Positions 39,975 through 48,235 of a stretch of DNA of 64,000 nt are shown here, in pieces; positions within the stretch are counted from its first letter, which is position 1, and each line of letters starts with the position of its first letter. A program made the position numbers and the translations under genes. The notes below the pieces were generated by a model. The model saw only the letters and a program-made list of their open reading frames with translations. It made no database searches and had not been told where the DNA came from. The stretch is from sequence record NC_028950.1, one strand, 5' to 3'.

Positions 39975-40703
39975 TTAATGCAGAACAGGCTTGGCTTCGC
40001 CTTCTTCCGCCGGCTTCTGGATCAGATCGTCGCTCTTCTTCAGACGGTCGTTGCTGAACGGCAGGCCGTTCAACATGAAATCGATCATGTTGTCGCGAAT
40101 GCGCTGAACGAGAACCGAATGCGTGAAGTTGCGCTTCGTGACTTCGTCAGCGAAACCAGCTGCTTGTTCGTCGATGAACTTTTCCAGATCACCCGGCGAA
40201 CGTGCCTGGAGCTTCTTCTTCGGGATCACGAAATCGATCTGATCATAGATCTCGTTGATGTACTTCGTCGTGTACGGATACAGGTTGAAGTAGATCATGT
40301 CCTTCGTCCATGCCGACAGATCTTCCGGCATCATGGAGTCGAACTGTTCCATGTACTGCGAAACGTTCAGGATGATCAGAGCACGGATACGGCGCAGTTC
40401 CGTGTTGATCATCTTGTCGGTCGGATACTTCGGGTCGGTCGTTTCGCCTTCCAAAGTCAGGTAAGCCTGCTTCAGGAAGCTGTTCATCGCCATTTCGGCA
40501 TGATGCGCCAGCTGTTCTGCCGAACGCTTGCCATAGGCCAGCAGCGTTGCCGTGTGACGTGCCCCACCTGCGCGGTTCTGGAGATAGTTCTTCTTCTCCC
40601 ACCAGAAGCGGGTACGCATCTGTTCCAGACTGAATACAGCTTTTTCTTCCAGTGTACCGTTTTGCGGGTACACGTCTTCGTTGTCAAAGTCGTGAAAGAA
40701 CAT
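39975..40703 (-). CDS. Hypothetical protein
   Basis: 242 aa, AAGGA RBS, strong codon bias. Confidence 0.7.
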   Translation of the reverse strand: MFFHDFDNEDVYPQNGTLEEKAVFSLEQMRTRFWWEKKNYLQNRAGGARHTATLLAYGKRSAEQLAHHAEMAMNSFLKQAYLTLEGETTDPKYPTDKMINTELRRIRALIILNVSQYMEQFDSMMPEDLSAWTKDMIYFNLYPYTTKYINEIYDQIDFVIPKKKLQARSPGDLEKFIDEQAAGFADEVTKRNFTHSVLVQRIRDNMIDFMLNGLPFSNDRLKKSDDLIQKPAEEGEAKPVLH

Positions 40704-40730
40704 ACGTTTCCTTAAAAATTGTTCTGATTT

Positions 40731-41072
40731 TTAATGAATGCTGGTGTTGTCCGGAATGGTCCCGGCGACATGAACTTTCGCTTCGGCAGATGTCGTAAGT
40801 TCCGACAATGCGCCCATCAGCATTTCATGCCGAATGGAATCTTTAGCGCCTGCGAATGCTTTGCGTTTTTCTTCCGGCCAGGGACTTCCCGAACAGCACG
40901 AGAAGTCCGGACAACATTCATCCGCATAGTCATTGTGAACCGGTTTACCAGCGACCCACGATTCGAGTTGGGCTTTTACCGATTCACGATACGGAATAGC
41001 GTATTTTTCTTTCAATACGTAGTTTCCATCCGCATCACGCTCGTGCGTTTCACTCAAAGGCAGACCTTTCAT
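40731..41072 (-). CDS. Hypothetical protein with a CCPDFSCC motif
   Basis: Likely start ATG 41072 (MKGLPL); contains HN...ECCPDFSCC. Confidence 0.55.
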   Translation of the reverse strand: MKGLPLSETHERDADGNYVLKEKYAIPYRESVKAQLESWVAGKPVHNDYADECCPDFSCCSGSPWPEEKRKAFAGAKDSIRHEMLMGALSELTTSAEAKVHVAGTIPDNTSIH

Positions 41073-41079
41073 AGTCTTC

Positions 41080-41544
41080 CTAGATGTAGTTTTCAAAAGG
41101 AAACTCATGGATTTCATGAGATTCCACCAGTGTGGCCTTGTCCTTAACAATAGCGACTTGACCATCAGGATACACGATGTGTTCCTCTGAGTCGTAGATG
41201 GCGATATGAAAGCCCAGTTCGCGCAGCAAGACCAGGCTATTCACCGCACTCCACAACTTTAAAGCATCTTCAAAAGCGAAGATGTGCTGACCGTACGTCG
41301 TTGCAGGAGCATCAAAGTCTCCCGGCTCAGCCAAACACACCATCGCATCCGAGGCGAACCGTCCACGACCACTATCGTGAGTGAACGGCCCTTTCTTGCT
41401 CTCCGGATGTTCTATCCGGAATACGCGCCGCGTTGCATATTCAACTTCAATTCGGGCGGGCTTGGCGGAAGCTCGGGCGGCGGTTCGGGAGTACGTGCCG
41501 CGAATTCTTCCAGCTGCTCGACGCGCAGCGCGGTTCTGATCCAT
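41080..41544 (-). CDS. Hypothetical protein (VFRIE..GPF family; start uncertain)
   Basis: Protein-like sequence begins at RRVFRIEH; the only upstream in-frame ATG lies 133 nt inside the previous gene. Confidence 0.5.
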   Translation of the reverse strand: MDQNRAARRAAGRIRGTYSRTAARASAKPARIEVEYATRRVFRIEHPESKKGPFTHDSGRGRFASDAMVCLAEPGDFDAPATTYGQHIFAFEDALKLWSAVNSLVLLRELGFHIAIYDSEEHIVYPDGQVAIVKDKATLVESHEIHEFPFENYI

Positions 41545-41942
41545 GTATGATTATCCTCGCCCACAATGAAAACCAGACCGGGCTGTTTGTATCGCTTCAC
41601 ACCGTCGTCCACATCGACAGTGATGTCCGATTGCAGAAGTTGGAATCTCATCCCGCTTTCGCCTTCGATCAAAGGCGTCAGCTGATTCAGCACATGCACT
41701 TCCTCGGGTTTGCGCATGAGTTGAACGGTGAGGGCGTACGCGTTCTGAACCATCGTTTCGTAACGCTGCTGAAGAACAAAGAGAACTTCATCCTTGTCTT
41801 CAGCACGATGGTATCGATGCACGTAGTTGAGCAGCTTTCGCAAAAACTCGTTTTCTTCGGAATACAACCCGAAAGGCAGACCCGTCAACTCGCGTTGGGT
41901 CGGGTGCAGATCACGGATATTAACGTACCGTGTTTGATTCAT
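41412..41942 (-). CDS. Hypothetical protein
   Basis: 176 aa, AGGAG RBS, Pro-rich C-terminus. Confidence 0.65.
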   Translation of the reverse strand: MNQTRYVNIRDLHPTQRELTGLPFGLYSEENEFLRKLLNYVHRYHRAEDKDEVLFVLQQRYETMVQNAYALTVQLMRKPEEVHVLNQLTPLIEGESGMRFQLLQSDITVDVDDGVKRYKQPGLVFIVGEDNHTWIRTALRVEQLEEFAARTPEPPPELPPSPPELKLNMQRGAYSG

Positions 41943-41969
41943 GACTAGCTCCTGAGTGAGACCACACCA

Positions 41970-42176
41970 TCAGGCATGAATCGCGGTATCCAGCAGAATC
42001 AGGTCCGACAGATGGTTGAGCTCGACGAGCGTGATCGGCGTGCTACGATCGCGACCCTTAATGGCGTCGAGACAAAGGTTACTGCCCCCGGCTTTAACTC
42101 TGGCTGCATCTACGGCGTCTTGAATCGTGTACTTCTTAACTACTTGCTCGAAGATCGTCCAGATTTGCTGTGCCAT
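41970..42176 (-). CDS. Hypothetical protein
   Basis: 68 aa, AGGAG RBS. Confidence 0.55.
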   Translation of the reverse strand: MAQQIWTIFEQVVKKYTIQDAVDAARVKAGGSNLCLDAIKGRDRSTPITLVELNHLSDLILLDTAIHA

Positions 42177-42261
42177 TGTCTAACTCCTGTTTTGAAAGAA
42201 GATAGTGAGGCGACGGCCAGCCTCCTCACTATCGATGCGACTGTTTTAAAATTACAGCTTC

Positions 42262-43491
42262 TTACTTCTTGGGTGCGTGCTGCAATGCACCTTGAATCAA
42301 CCCTTCGACGAGCGGAGGGATTTTCTGCTTTTCGGGCTTGACGTCTTCCTTGGCAGCTTGCGCTTGCATTGCTTGCTTGCCAATTTCGTCCATCACGCGA
42401 TATGACACGTAGCCCAGATGGAACCAGATTGCCATGGCGTCCCAAGCCGCGTTGTGTTGAACTGCGCCCTTCAACTGCGTCGGGTAAGCGTCGACGTAGT
42501 CGATCTTGAAAGTGAAGTTGCGCATTTGACCGATACGCTTTCCTTCACCCAGATGAAGAAGCTCGGCGACGTAGGCGACGTCGGTCGGGAAATCGACATG
42601 GATCACGACGTCCTGGGTCATAAGACCCGCCTCGTTACCCTGTTCGATGCTCAGAACCTGAGTGAGCCAATCGCTGAACGTGATCTTGTTGCGAACCAGA
42701 TCGGTGGCAAGCGTGCCTTGTGGTACGTCGAGCAGAACCGGAATCACGTGTTCCTTCAGCCATTCGCTTTCGACTTTATCAGCCGCTGCCGAATCGAATG
42801 CGTAGTACGTACGGCCGAACTTGTTGGTGATGCCGACCGACAACAACGTCTTGGTCGAGTCGTCGAATTCACAATCGACGAACAGTTCCACCGGCTGCAA
42901 CCAACGATCCGGAATGCGGAACATCTGACCATCGTCGGTCAGATAGGCCCAGGCATACACATTCTTGAAATCGACCGGGACGAACTTCTTGTCTTCGATC
43001 GCACCATCGATTCCGAACTTCACCGGCGCATTCGCCGAGAATTCGAAATTGCCTTCACGAAGGAGTTCCATGAAGACGTACTCGTTGGTGATGACGCCGT
43101 CGTTCACCATTTCGTGGCGAACCATCATGCCTTCGGTGTACGTACGACGACCAGCGATCTGAACGACGATCGGTGTTTCCATCGGCGGCCATTCGTCGAG
43201 GATGTTCTCCGACATGTTCGCGGTCGTCTTGATCACAGCCCATTCGCGTTGCAGCTGATCGATCTCGAACTTGTTGGCCGGAATCTTGCCCGGAAAGTAC
43301 AGGCCGTGCGTAATGCCCGTCGGAGCATTCTTCGGAAAGACTGCCGGTTGCTTGAATTCCAGCTTCGGCACAGGCTGGTCCTGATGTTCCGTGCCATCGA
43401 CAGGATCCTTGCGAGCAACAAATCGCAGCACTGCTTCACAGCGTTGCTGGTTGTTGATCTGTTTCTGTGCGAACTTTGCGTCTTTAATCAT
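42262..43491 (-). CDS. Multidomain protein with C-terminal DEDD-type 3'-5' exonuclease domain
   Basis: LFVDCEF..LLSVGI, DFPTD, HNAAWDA (ExoI/II/III-like motifs). Confidence 0.65.
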   Translation of the reverse strand: MIKDAKFAQKQINNQQRCEAVLRFVARKDPVDGTEHQDQPVPKLEFKQPAVFPKNAPTGITHGLYFPGKIPANKFEIDQLQREWAVIKTTANMSENILDEWPPMETPIVVQIAGRRTYTEGMMVRHEMVNDGVITNEYVFMELLREGNFEFSANAPVKFGIDGAIEDKKFVPVDFKNVYAWAYLTDDGQMFRIPDRWLQPVELFVDCEFDDSTKTLLSVGITNKFGRTYYAFDSAAADKVESEWLKEHVIPVLLDVPQGTLATDLVRNKITFSDWLTQVLSIEQGNEAGLMTQDVVIHVDFPTDVAYVAELLHLGEGKRIGQMRNFTFKIDYVDAYPTQLKGAVQHNAAWDAMAIWFHLGYVSYRVMDEIGKQAMQAQAAKEDVKPEKQKIPPLVEGLIQGALQHAPKK

Positions 43492-43518
43492 TGTAAAAAA
43501 AGATCCAGGTTAAGAGAC

Positions 43519-43540
43519 GTAGGTGGGTTGCCCCACCTAC
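43519..43540. terminator. Hairpin between minus-strand genes
   Basis: GTAGGTGGG-ttgc-CCCACCTAC. Confidence 0.55.
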
Positions 43541-43552
43541 GCTCGGTTGCAA

Positions 43553-45016
43553 TTACAGGGACTGTGCCTTTTCGGTCAGGGCGTTCTGGATGTGCTCGAC
43601 ATCCTCGTCGGTGAGATAACCTTCACCGCGAAGCTGATCGACCAGCGGAGTCCAGAACAGCGTTGCCGGACCCTTGCCGGAAATCTTGACCATTTCAGCG
43701 CCGAAGAACTTGTGGTCGATGAAGTAGTCGATCGGCATGCCTTCGGGCGAATCGAGCCATTCTTCGATTTCCGACGAAACACCTGCACACGTTTCCGCTT
43801 CTTCCCGCGTGAGGACGTCGTCCGGCATCAGGCACTTGACCGTACCCGTCGGAACGAAATCCGCGTTCTTCAGGAAGTCGAGCATCGCGTAACGATCGTC
43901 GCCGGTGCGACCGCTGAAGATGAAGATGTGGTGACCGTTCTTCTTCAGTGCCTTCAGCGTTTCGATCGCGAAAGGCGATTCCGGCCCGATGGTCGACGGA
44001 CGCTGGTCTTCGACGATGGTGCCATCGAACGACACGACGAAAACTGCCGGCTCGTCTTCGATGCCCTGATCGTCTTCGACTTCCGGATCGATTGCCATCA
44101 TGTCGATTTCCGCTTGAGCATCCTTGCGGCCGACATGCTGGAATTCTTCACCGAAGTTCTGCAGACACCAGTCGAACAGATGCAGGTCCGTTTCCTTCTT
44201 CTGGACTGCGACGTTGTGGTAGCCGGTGACTTCCGCCTGCTTGAACTTCACCATCGCATCGACGTACTCGTCGTCGGGCAGGTTGTCGATGCCTTCCATC
44301 TGCTGGAGGGCGACGATGTTCACGTGCTGGTTCTGCACCATCCATTCGTCGAACGACAACGACGAGCCGCTGCGAACGTGAGCCTGTTCGAGCGTTTCAC
44401 GATGCTGTTCGATTGCCTGGCGAACCATGCGCCGGCTGGCGCGCGTATTCAGCGGAATGTCCTTCAGGTGGATCTTCGGCTTCGTCGGTTCCGGTTCAGC
44501 TTCGATCGGATCGGTGTTCGGAATCCAGACGTTCTGGTCCGCCGTCCACTTGAACATCGGGACAGTCTGCTTGTATTCGTCGGCTTCGATCTTGACGATG
44601 CGTTCTTCGACCGCAGTTTCAGCGAGTTCGAATTCGTTGGCCAGCACGATGAAGCGCAGCCACGGCATGTTGTCTTCGTTGACCCAGACTTCGTCGTGGC
44701 CACCGAAGATTGCCGACAACACCGTGCCGTTCAGCGCGATTGCCGTGCAGAAACGATCTTCGCCTTCCAGACCGGTTTCGGTGTTCAGGGCGATGTAGGT
44801 CAGGAACCCGTTCGCCGAGATGTAGAACTCGCGCGGATGATCCGGGCCGAACAGTCGGGTGAGGTCACGCTTGGCGATGACGACGCTCACCTTCTTGTTC
44901 TTGTAGTCGGGCTCTTGAACCAGCACGTCGATATGCTGCTGGATTTTCGAATGCTCAGCAAGTCCGAAGCCCGGACGGAAAACTTGAGCCTTTGCGTAAG
45001 TAATCGGAGTTTTCAT
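43553..45016 (-). CDS. Multidomain protein with C-terminal HAD-fold domain
   Basis: VVSFDGTIVE...AIETLKALKKNGHHIFIFSGR..YFID. Confidence 0.6.
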   Translation of the reverse strand: MKTPITYAKAQVFRPGFGLAEHSKIQQHIDVLVQEPDYKNKKVSVVIAKRDLTRLFGPDHPREFYISANGFLTYIALNTETGLEGEDRFCTAIALNGTVLSAIFGGHDEVWVNEDNMPWLRFIVLANEFELAETAVEERIVKIEADEYKQTVPMFKWTADQNVWIPNTDPIEAEPEPTKPKIHLKDIPLNTRASRRMVRQAIEQHRETLEQAHVRSGSSLSFDEWMVQNQHVNIVALQQMEGIDNLPDDEYVDAMVKFKQAEVTGYHNVAVQKKETDLHLFDWCLQNFGEEFQHVGRKDAQAEIDMMAIDPEVEDDQGIEDEPAVFVVSFDGTIVEDQRPSTIGPESPFAIETLKALKKNGHHIFIFSGRTGDDRYAMLDFLKNADFVPTGTVKCLMPDDVLTREEAETCAGVSSEIEEWLDSPEGMPIDYFIDHKFFGAEMVKISGKGPATLFWTPLVDQLRGEGYLTDEDVEHIQNALTEKAQSL

Positions 45017-45019
45017 AAA

Positions 45020-45685
45020 TTACTCGTCGTTGTTGTATTGAGCGAAATTGATGCGGATCGGATTGGAGTGGTTTCTGGAATGGTGGTAATGCTCGATCAC
45101 CGTACCCGCGAAATCCAGGCGTTCGATGGCTTGCTTATCAAAGCGCATGAACGTCAACTGGTAGAACTGCTTTTCGGGAAGATCCTCGAACCCATAACTC
45201 CGCTTCTGGATGTCGTCGACATCGGTTTTCGAAAAGAGCAGCAATCCCATCGTGTTTTGAAACATCACGATATAGCAGGATTGTTCCTCACTGATTTCCA
45301 GCAGAGGATGTCCCGACATCTCTGCCGAAACAACGTCTTTAACCTCCGCAAAACATGGGAAGTAGAAATAAGGATAAACCTGTTTTTCATCCTCCGACAA
45401 TTCGTGGTTCAAATACCGCATGAAGAATGCGACATCTTCCACCACGATGTGTTTCAGAATCTGGAAGTCGACGAACAAGTCGTCCTGATGATTCCAGAGA
45501 ATCGGATCTCCATAACCCTCCCCCAGAAACGTTTCAGGCTGGGGAATATCCGCCAGCTTGTGATACAGATTGCACGCCAGTTGATCCGACGTGCGCTCTT
45601 CCTGCAAGAACTTGATGCGTGCTTCGGCATCTGCTGCTGGCGTACCGCGCATACGGTCCAGCAATCTTTTCAGTCCAGCGATCAT
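45020..45685 (-). CDS. Hypothetical protein
   Basis: 221-aa ORF packed in the operon. Confidence 0.6.
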   Translation of the reverse strand: MIAGLKRLLDRMRGTPAADAEARIKFLQEERTSDQLACNLYHKLADIPQPETFLGEGYGDPILWNHQDDLFVDFQILKHIVVEDVAFFMRYLNHELSEDEKQVYPYFYFPCFAEVKDVVSAEMSGHPLLEISEEQSCYIVMFQNTMGLLLFSKTDVDDIQKRSYGFEDLPEKQFYQLTFMRFDKQAIERLDFAGTVIEHYHHSRNHSNPIRINFAQYNNDE

Positions 45686-45688
45686 TTT

Positions 45689-46087
45689 TTAGCCCTTGTA
45701 TTGTTCCAGCTGCTGTGGCAGCCGATATTGAAAGAAACCGTTGTGTGTGCCATAGATCTCGATCTTCGAGTCAGCCATGGCACAATAAAACAGCGAGAAG
45801 TTGTGATTCAGCCATTCGTAAAACACTTCTTCAGCAATGCGTTGTGCGACAATCATTGCACCCATGCCACGACCCTCGAATGCGAAAGTGTCGAGCTTAT
45901 GGCGCAACGTTTTATTCAGCTCCTGTACTGCCTTGACGCGCTTCTTGTCCTGGTTATCAGCCAGCACGACAAACTTCGCCGTGTTGTACCGGACTTGTTT
46001 ATTATTCTGTTTATGCCGGTAAAACATGATGCCAGACACAACTGCCGCAAGTGCTCCGCTCATACCGACATACATCAACGCGTTCAT
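45689..46087 (-). CDS. Hypothetical membrane-anchored protein
   Basis: N-terminal TM (YVGMSGALAAVVSGIMFY) followed by basic residues. Confidence 0.6.
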   Translation of the reverse strand: MNALMYVGMSGALAAVVSGIMFYRHKQNNKQVRYNTAKFVVLADNQDKKRVKAVQELNKTLRHKLDTFAFEGRGMGAMIVAQRIAEEVFYEWLNHNFSLFYCAMADSKIEIYGTHNGFFQYRLPQQLEQYKG

Positions 46088-46141
46088 CTTTTCCTCATTT
46101 TAAAAGTTAGTTATAGACCATTGGGGATGGTGGTCAAACTG

Positions 46142-46149
46142 ATAATATA
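46142..46149 (-). promoter_or_regulatory. Putative early promoter variant TATATTAT
   Basis: Minus strand reads ATTTTTTTACATTGATATATTAT, similar in layout to the ligA upstream element, at the head of a long minus-strand operon. Confidence 0.4.
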
Positions 46150-46220
46150 TCAATGTAAAAAAATATAAAGCTTGCGGCTGATTTTATGCTAATACCATCT
46201 TTTAGTACACAGGTTAAAAA

Positions 46221-46976
46221 ATGAACTTTGATCTTACTAAGCTCGGTACTGCCTTGTCGGGTTTGACCGACTGGGTCAAAGCGGGCTTCACGACGCATGC
46301 GAGCAGACTCGCCGCACTCGAAGGTAACAAGATTACCGTCGCAACGTTTGCTACTCTACCAACAACGAACGTGGGCCCCGTGCTGGTTGCCGATCTCAAT
46401 GAGATCTGGACCTGGTCGACAAGTGCCTTCTACACCGGCTATCGTGCGTTCGATTGCGGTGAGCCCATTCTGTCGGCTAAGTCTGTTCATTCACCACGAC
46501 ATCTGGATCTCATTGGTCAGGGTGGGATCTCCAAGACGACTTATGCAAGCCTCTGGGGCTTTGCTAAGGAGCAGGGTCTGGTGGTGGCTGCTGGTAGCTG
46601 GGCAGTGGGACTCTACGCGTTCGTAGATCTGGGTGGGGATAACTTCCAGTTGCCTGATCTGCGCAATACGTTCTTCCGAGCAACTGGCACGAACAAGGAT
46701 ACGTCTACGGCTCGGGCTATCGGTAGTTCTCAGGCCGATGCGTTCGCTGCACACAACCACAATTACTTGACCGAAGCTGGAACGCCGACGTCGAATGACA
46801 TCCTGGTGTTTAAGGATGGTGGTGTGCCTGGCGACACTTCGCCATGGACTCCGACGAGCGTGAATCAGAACAACACGATTCCTTCGTCAAGCTATCCGCC
46901 TCCGGCAACGACGAATACGGGTGGTACGGAAACTCGTCCGTACAACACGGCATTCGCACCGCGAATCCATATTTAA
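46221..46976 (+). CDS. Tail fibre / tail-collar domain protein
   Basis: TYASLWGF..LV...W..G.Y..G..NFQLPDLRNTFFRA..R.IGS.QADAF..HNH and GGTETRPYNTAF are tail-collar motifs. Confidence 0.8.
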   Translation: MNFDLTKLGTALSGLTDWVKAGFTTHASRLAALEGNKITVATFATLPTTNVGPVLVADLNEIWTWSTSAFYTGYRAFDCGEPILSAKSVHSPRHLDLIGQGGISKTTYASLWGFAKEQGLVVAAGSWAVGLYAFVDLGGDNFQLPDLRNTFFRATGTNKDTSTARAIGSSQADAFAAHNHNYLTEAGTPTSNDILVFKDGGVPGDTSPWTPTSVNQNNTIPSSSYPPPATTNTGGTETRPYNTAFAPRIHI

Positions 46977-46987
46977 CGGTATAAAGT

Positions 46988-47023
46988 CATAATCCACTCT
47001 CCCGCAAGGGAGAGTGGATTATG
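46988..47023. terminator. Perfect 16-bp hairpin between convergent genes
   Basis: CATAATCCACTCTCCC-gcaa-GGGAGAGTGGATTATG; arms identical to those at 744-779. Confidence 0.8.
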
Positions 47024-47028
47024 TTCGC

Positions 47029-48168
47029 TTAGTCGTCGAGATCGAATTCGAAGACCTTGCCGGTATCGTCACGAGTCACGGCATTCACCATGTACGCGAC
47101 GGGAGGTGCTTCTTGCGGCGATGCTTGCGTCTTGCGCAGGTTCACGCGGCTGTTCATGTACGGCAGCGGGTTGTCCATCACCATCGGGAAGCTCACATCC
47201 TTCTCGATGCCGAGGAAGTACGCCACGTCCGTACCGCCGAAGTAGTTGAAGCGTTTGAGCGACGAAGGCGACATGCCGGTATGCTCATGACCGTCTTCAT
47301 GCATCACGTCCACCCAGCGGTCTTCACCAGCGATTGCTTCATTGAGCATCGCGACGATGACATGCCGGTTGTTCTTGAATGCTTCACGACCACGGTCGGT
47401 TGCCAGGAGCGACTCGATGTTCGCCTTGCCAAACGGCACGTGGATTTCCACTTCGTCCTGAGCGATACGCTGCACCGCATCGCCGATCGGCTGGAACAGG
47501 TTCATTGCGCAGATACCGAACGTAACAGCAAACGACGGCATGAACTGGCAACGTTCCATGATGAGCAGTGCGACGATGTACAGGAAGATCGCATCGAAGA
47601 TCTCGTAGCGCTCACGATCGGTCAGCGGATACGTCTTCGGATCGAACTGGTACAGGGCCCAGCGGTGCGACGCACAGTACGCATTGCCGAACACCTTCGC
47701 CACGACATGCAGACGCAGATGAGCATCTGCATCGTTCTTGAACTGCGCCATGGCAGCCACCGGATCGTCGAACGACTGACGAACGATTTCCGCATAGGTG
47801 CGAGCATGGATCGACTCGTTATCCGAGATGCGCTGATAGCCGGTCCAGACTTCGGACGACGAGCAGACACCCGACATGATGCCTGAGATCGTCGAGGAAG
47901 CCACAGAATCCGTTTCCCACTGCCAGGCGAGGGTACGGATCATGTCCTTCGCGATGAGCGGGTCTACGGTCTTGAATTCCACGCGACAGAGCTCGAATAC
48001 GAACTCTTTTTCAGTCCAGTCCTGCCCGCGCAGCTTTTCGTAAAGCTCGTTCTGCTTGGGGTACTGGCGGTTGATAGTGTCCAGCAGACCACGCGGCTGG
48101 CCAAGAATGATCGGAGTCTTTTCATAATCCGTCTTAGCGGCATTGAAAATGGCTTGGTTAATGGTCAT
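47029..48168 (-). CDS. nrdB: Ribonucleotide reductase class I beta subunit
   Basis: W...E.....D..EF, ETDSVAS, NESIHARTY (radical Tyr), MER.QFMPSF, IAQDEVEIH; start ATG 48168. Confidence 0.9.
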   Translation of the reverse strand: MTINQAIFNAAKTDYEKTPIILGQPRGLLDTINRQYPKQNELYEKLRGQDWTEKEFVFELCRVEFKTVDPLIAKDMIRTLAWQWETDSVASSTISGIMSGVCSSSEVWTGYQRISDNESIHARTYAEIVRQSFDDPVAAMAQFKNDADAHLRLHVVAKVFGNAYCASHRWALYQFDPKTYPLTDRERYEIFDAIFLYIVALLIMERCQFMPSFAVTFGICAMNLFQPIGDAVQRIAQDEVEIHVPFGKANIESLLATDRGREAFKNNRHVIVAMLNEAIAGEDRWVDVMHEDGHEHTGMSPSSLKRFNYFGGTDVAYFLGIEKDVSFPMVMDNPLPYMNSRVNLRKTQASPQEAPPVAYMVNAVTRDDTGKVFEFDLDD

Positions 48169-48200
48169 TTTGAAATTTGAGCCTATAAGGGATGTTGAAA

Positions 48201-48223
48201 CTGGGACTACAGAATAGTCCCAG
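48201..48223. terminator. Small hairpin between nrdA and nrdB
   Basis: CTGGGACTA-cagaa-TAGTCCCAG. Confidence 0.35.
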
Positions 48224-48235
48224 TCTCTTACTTTT

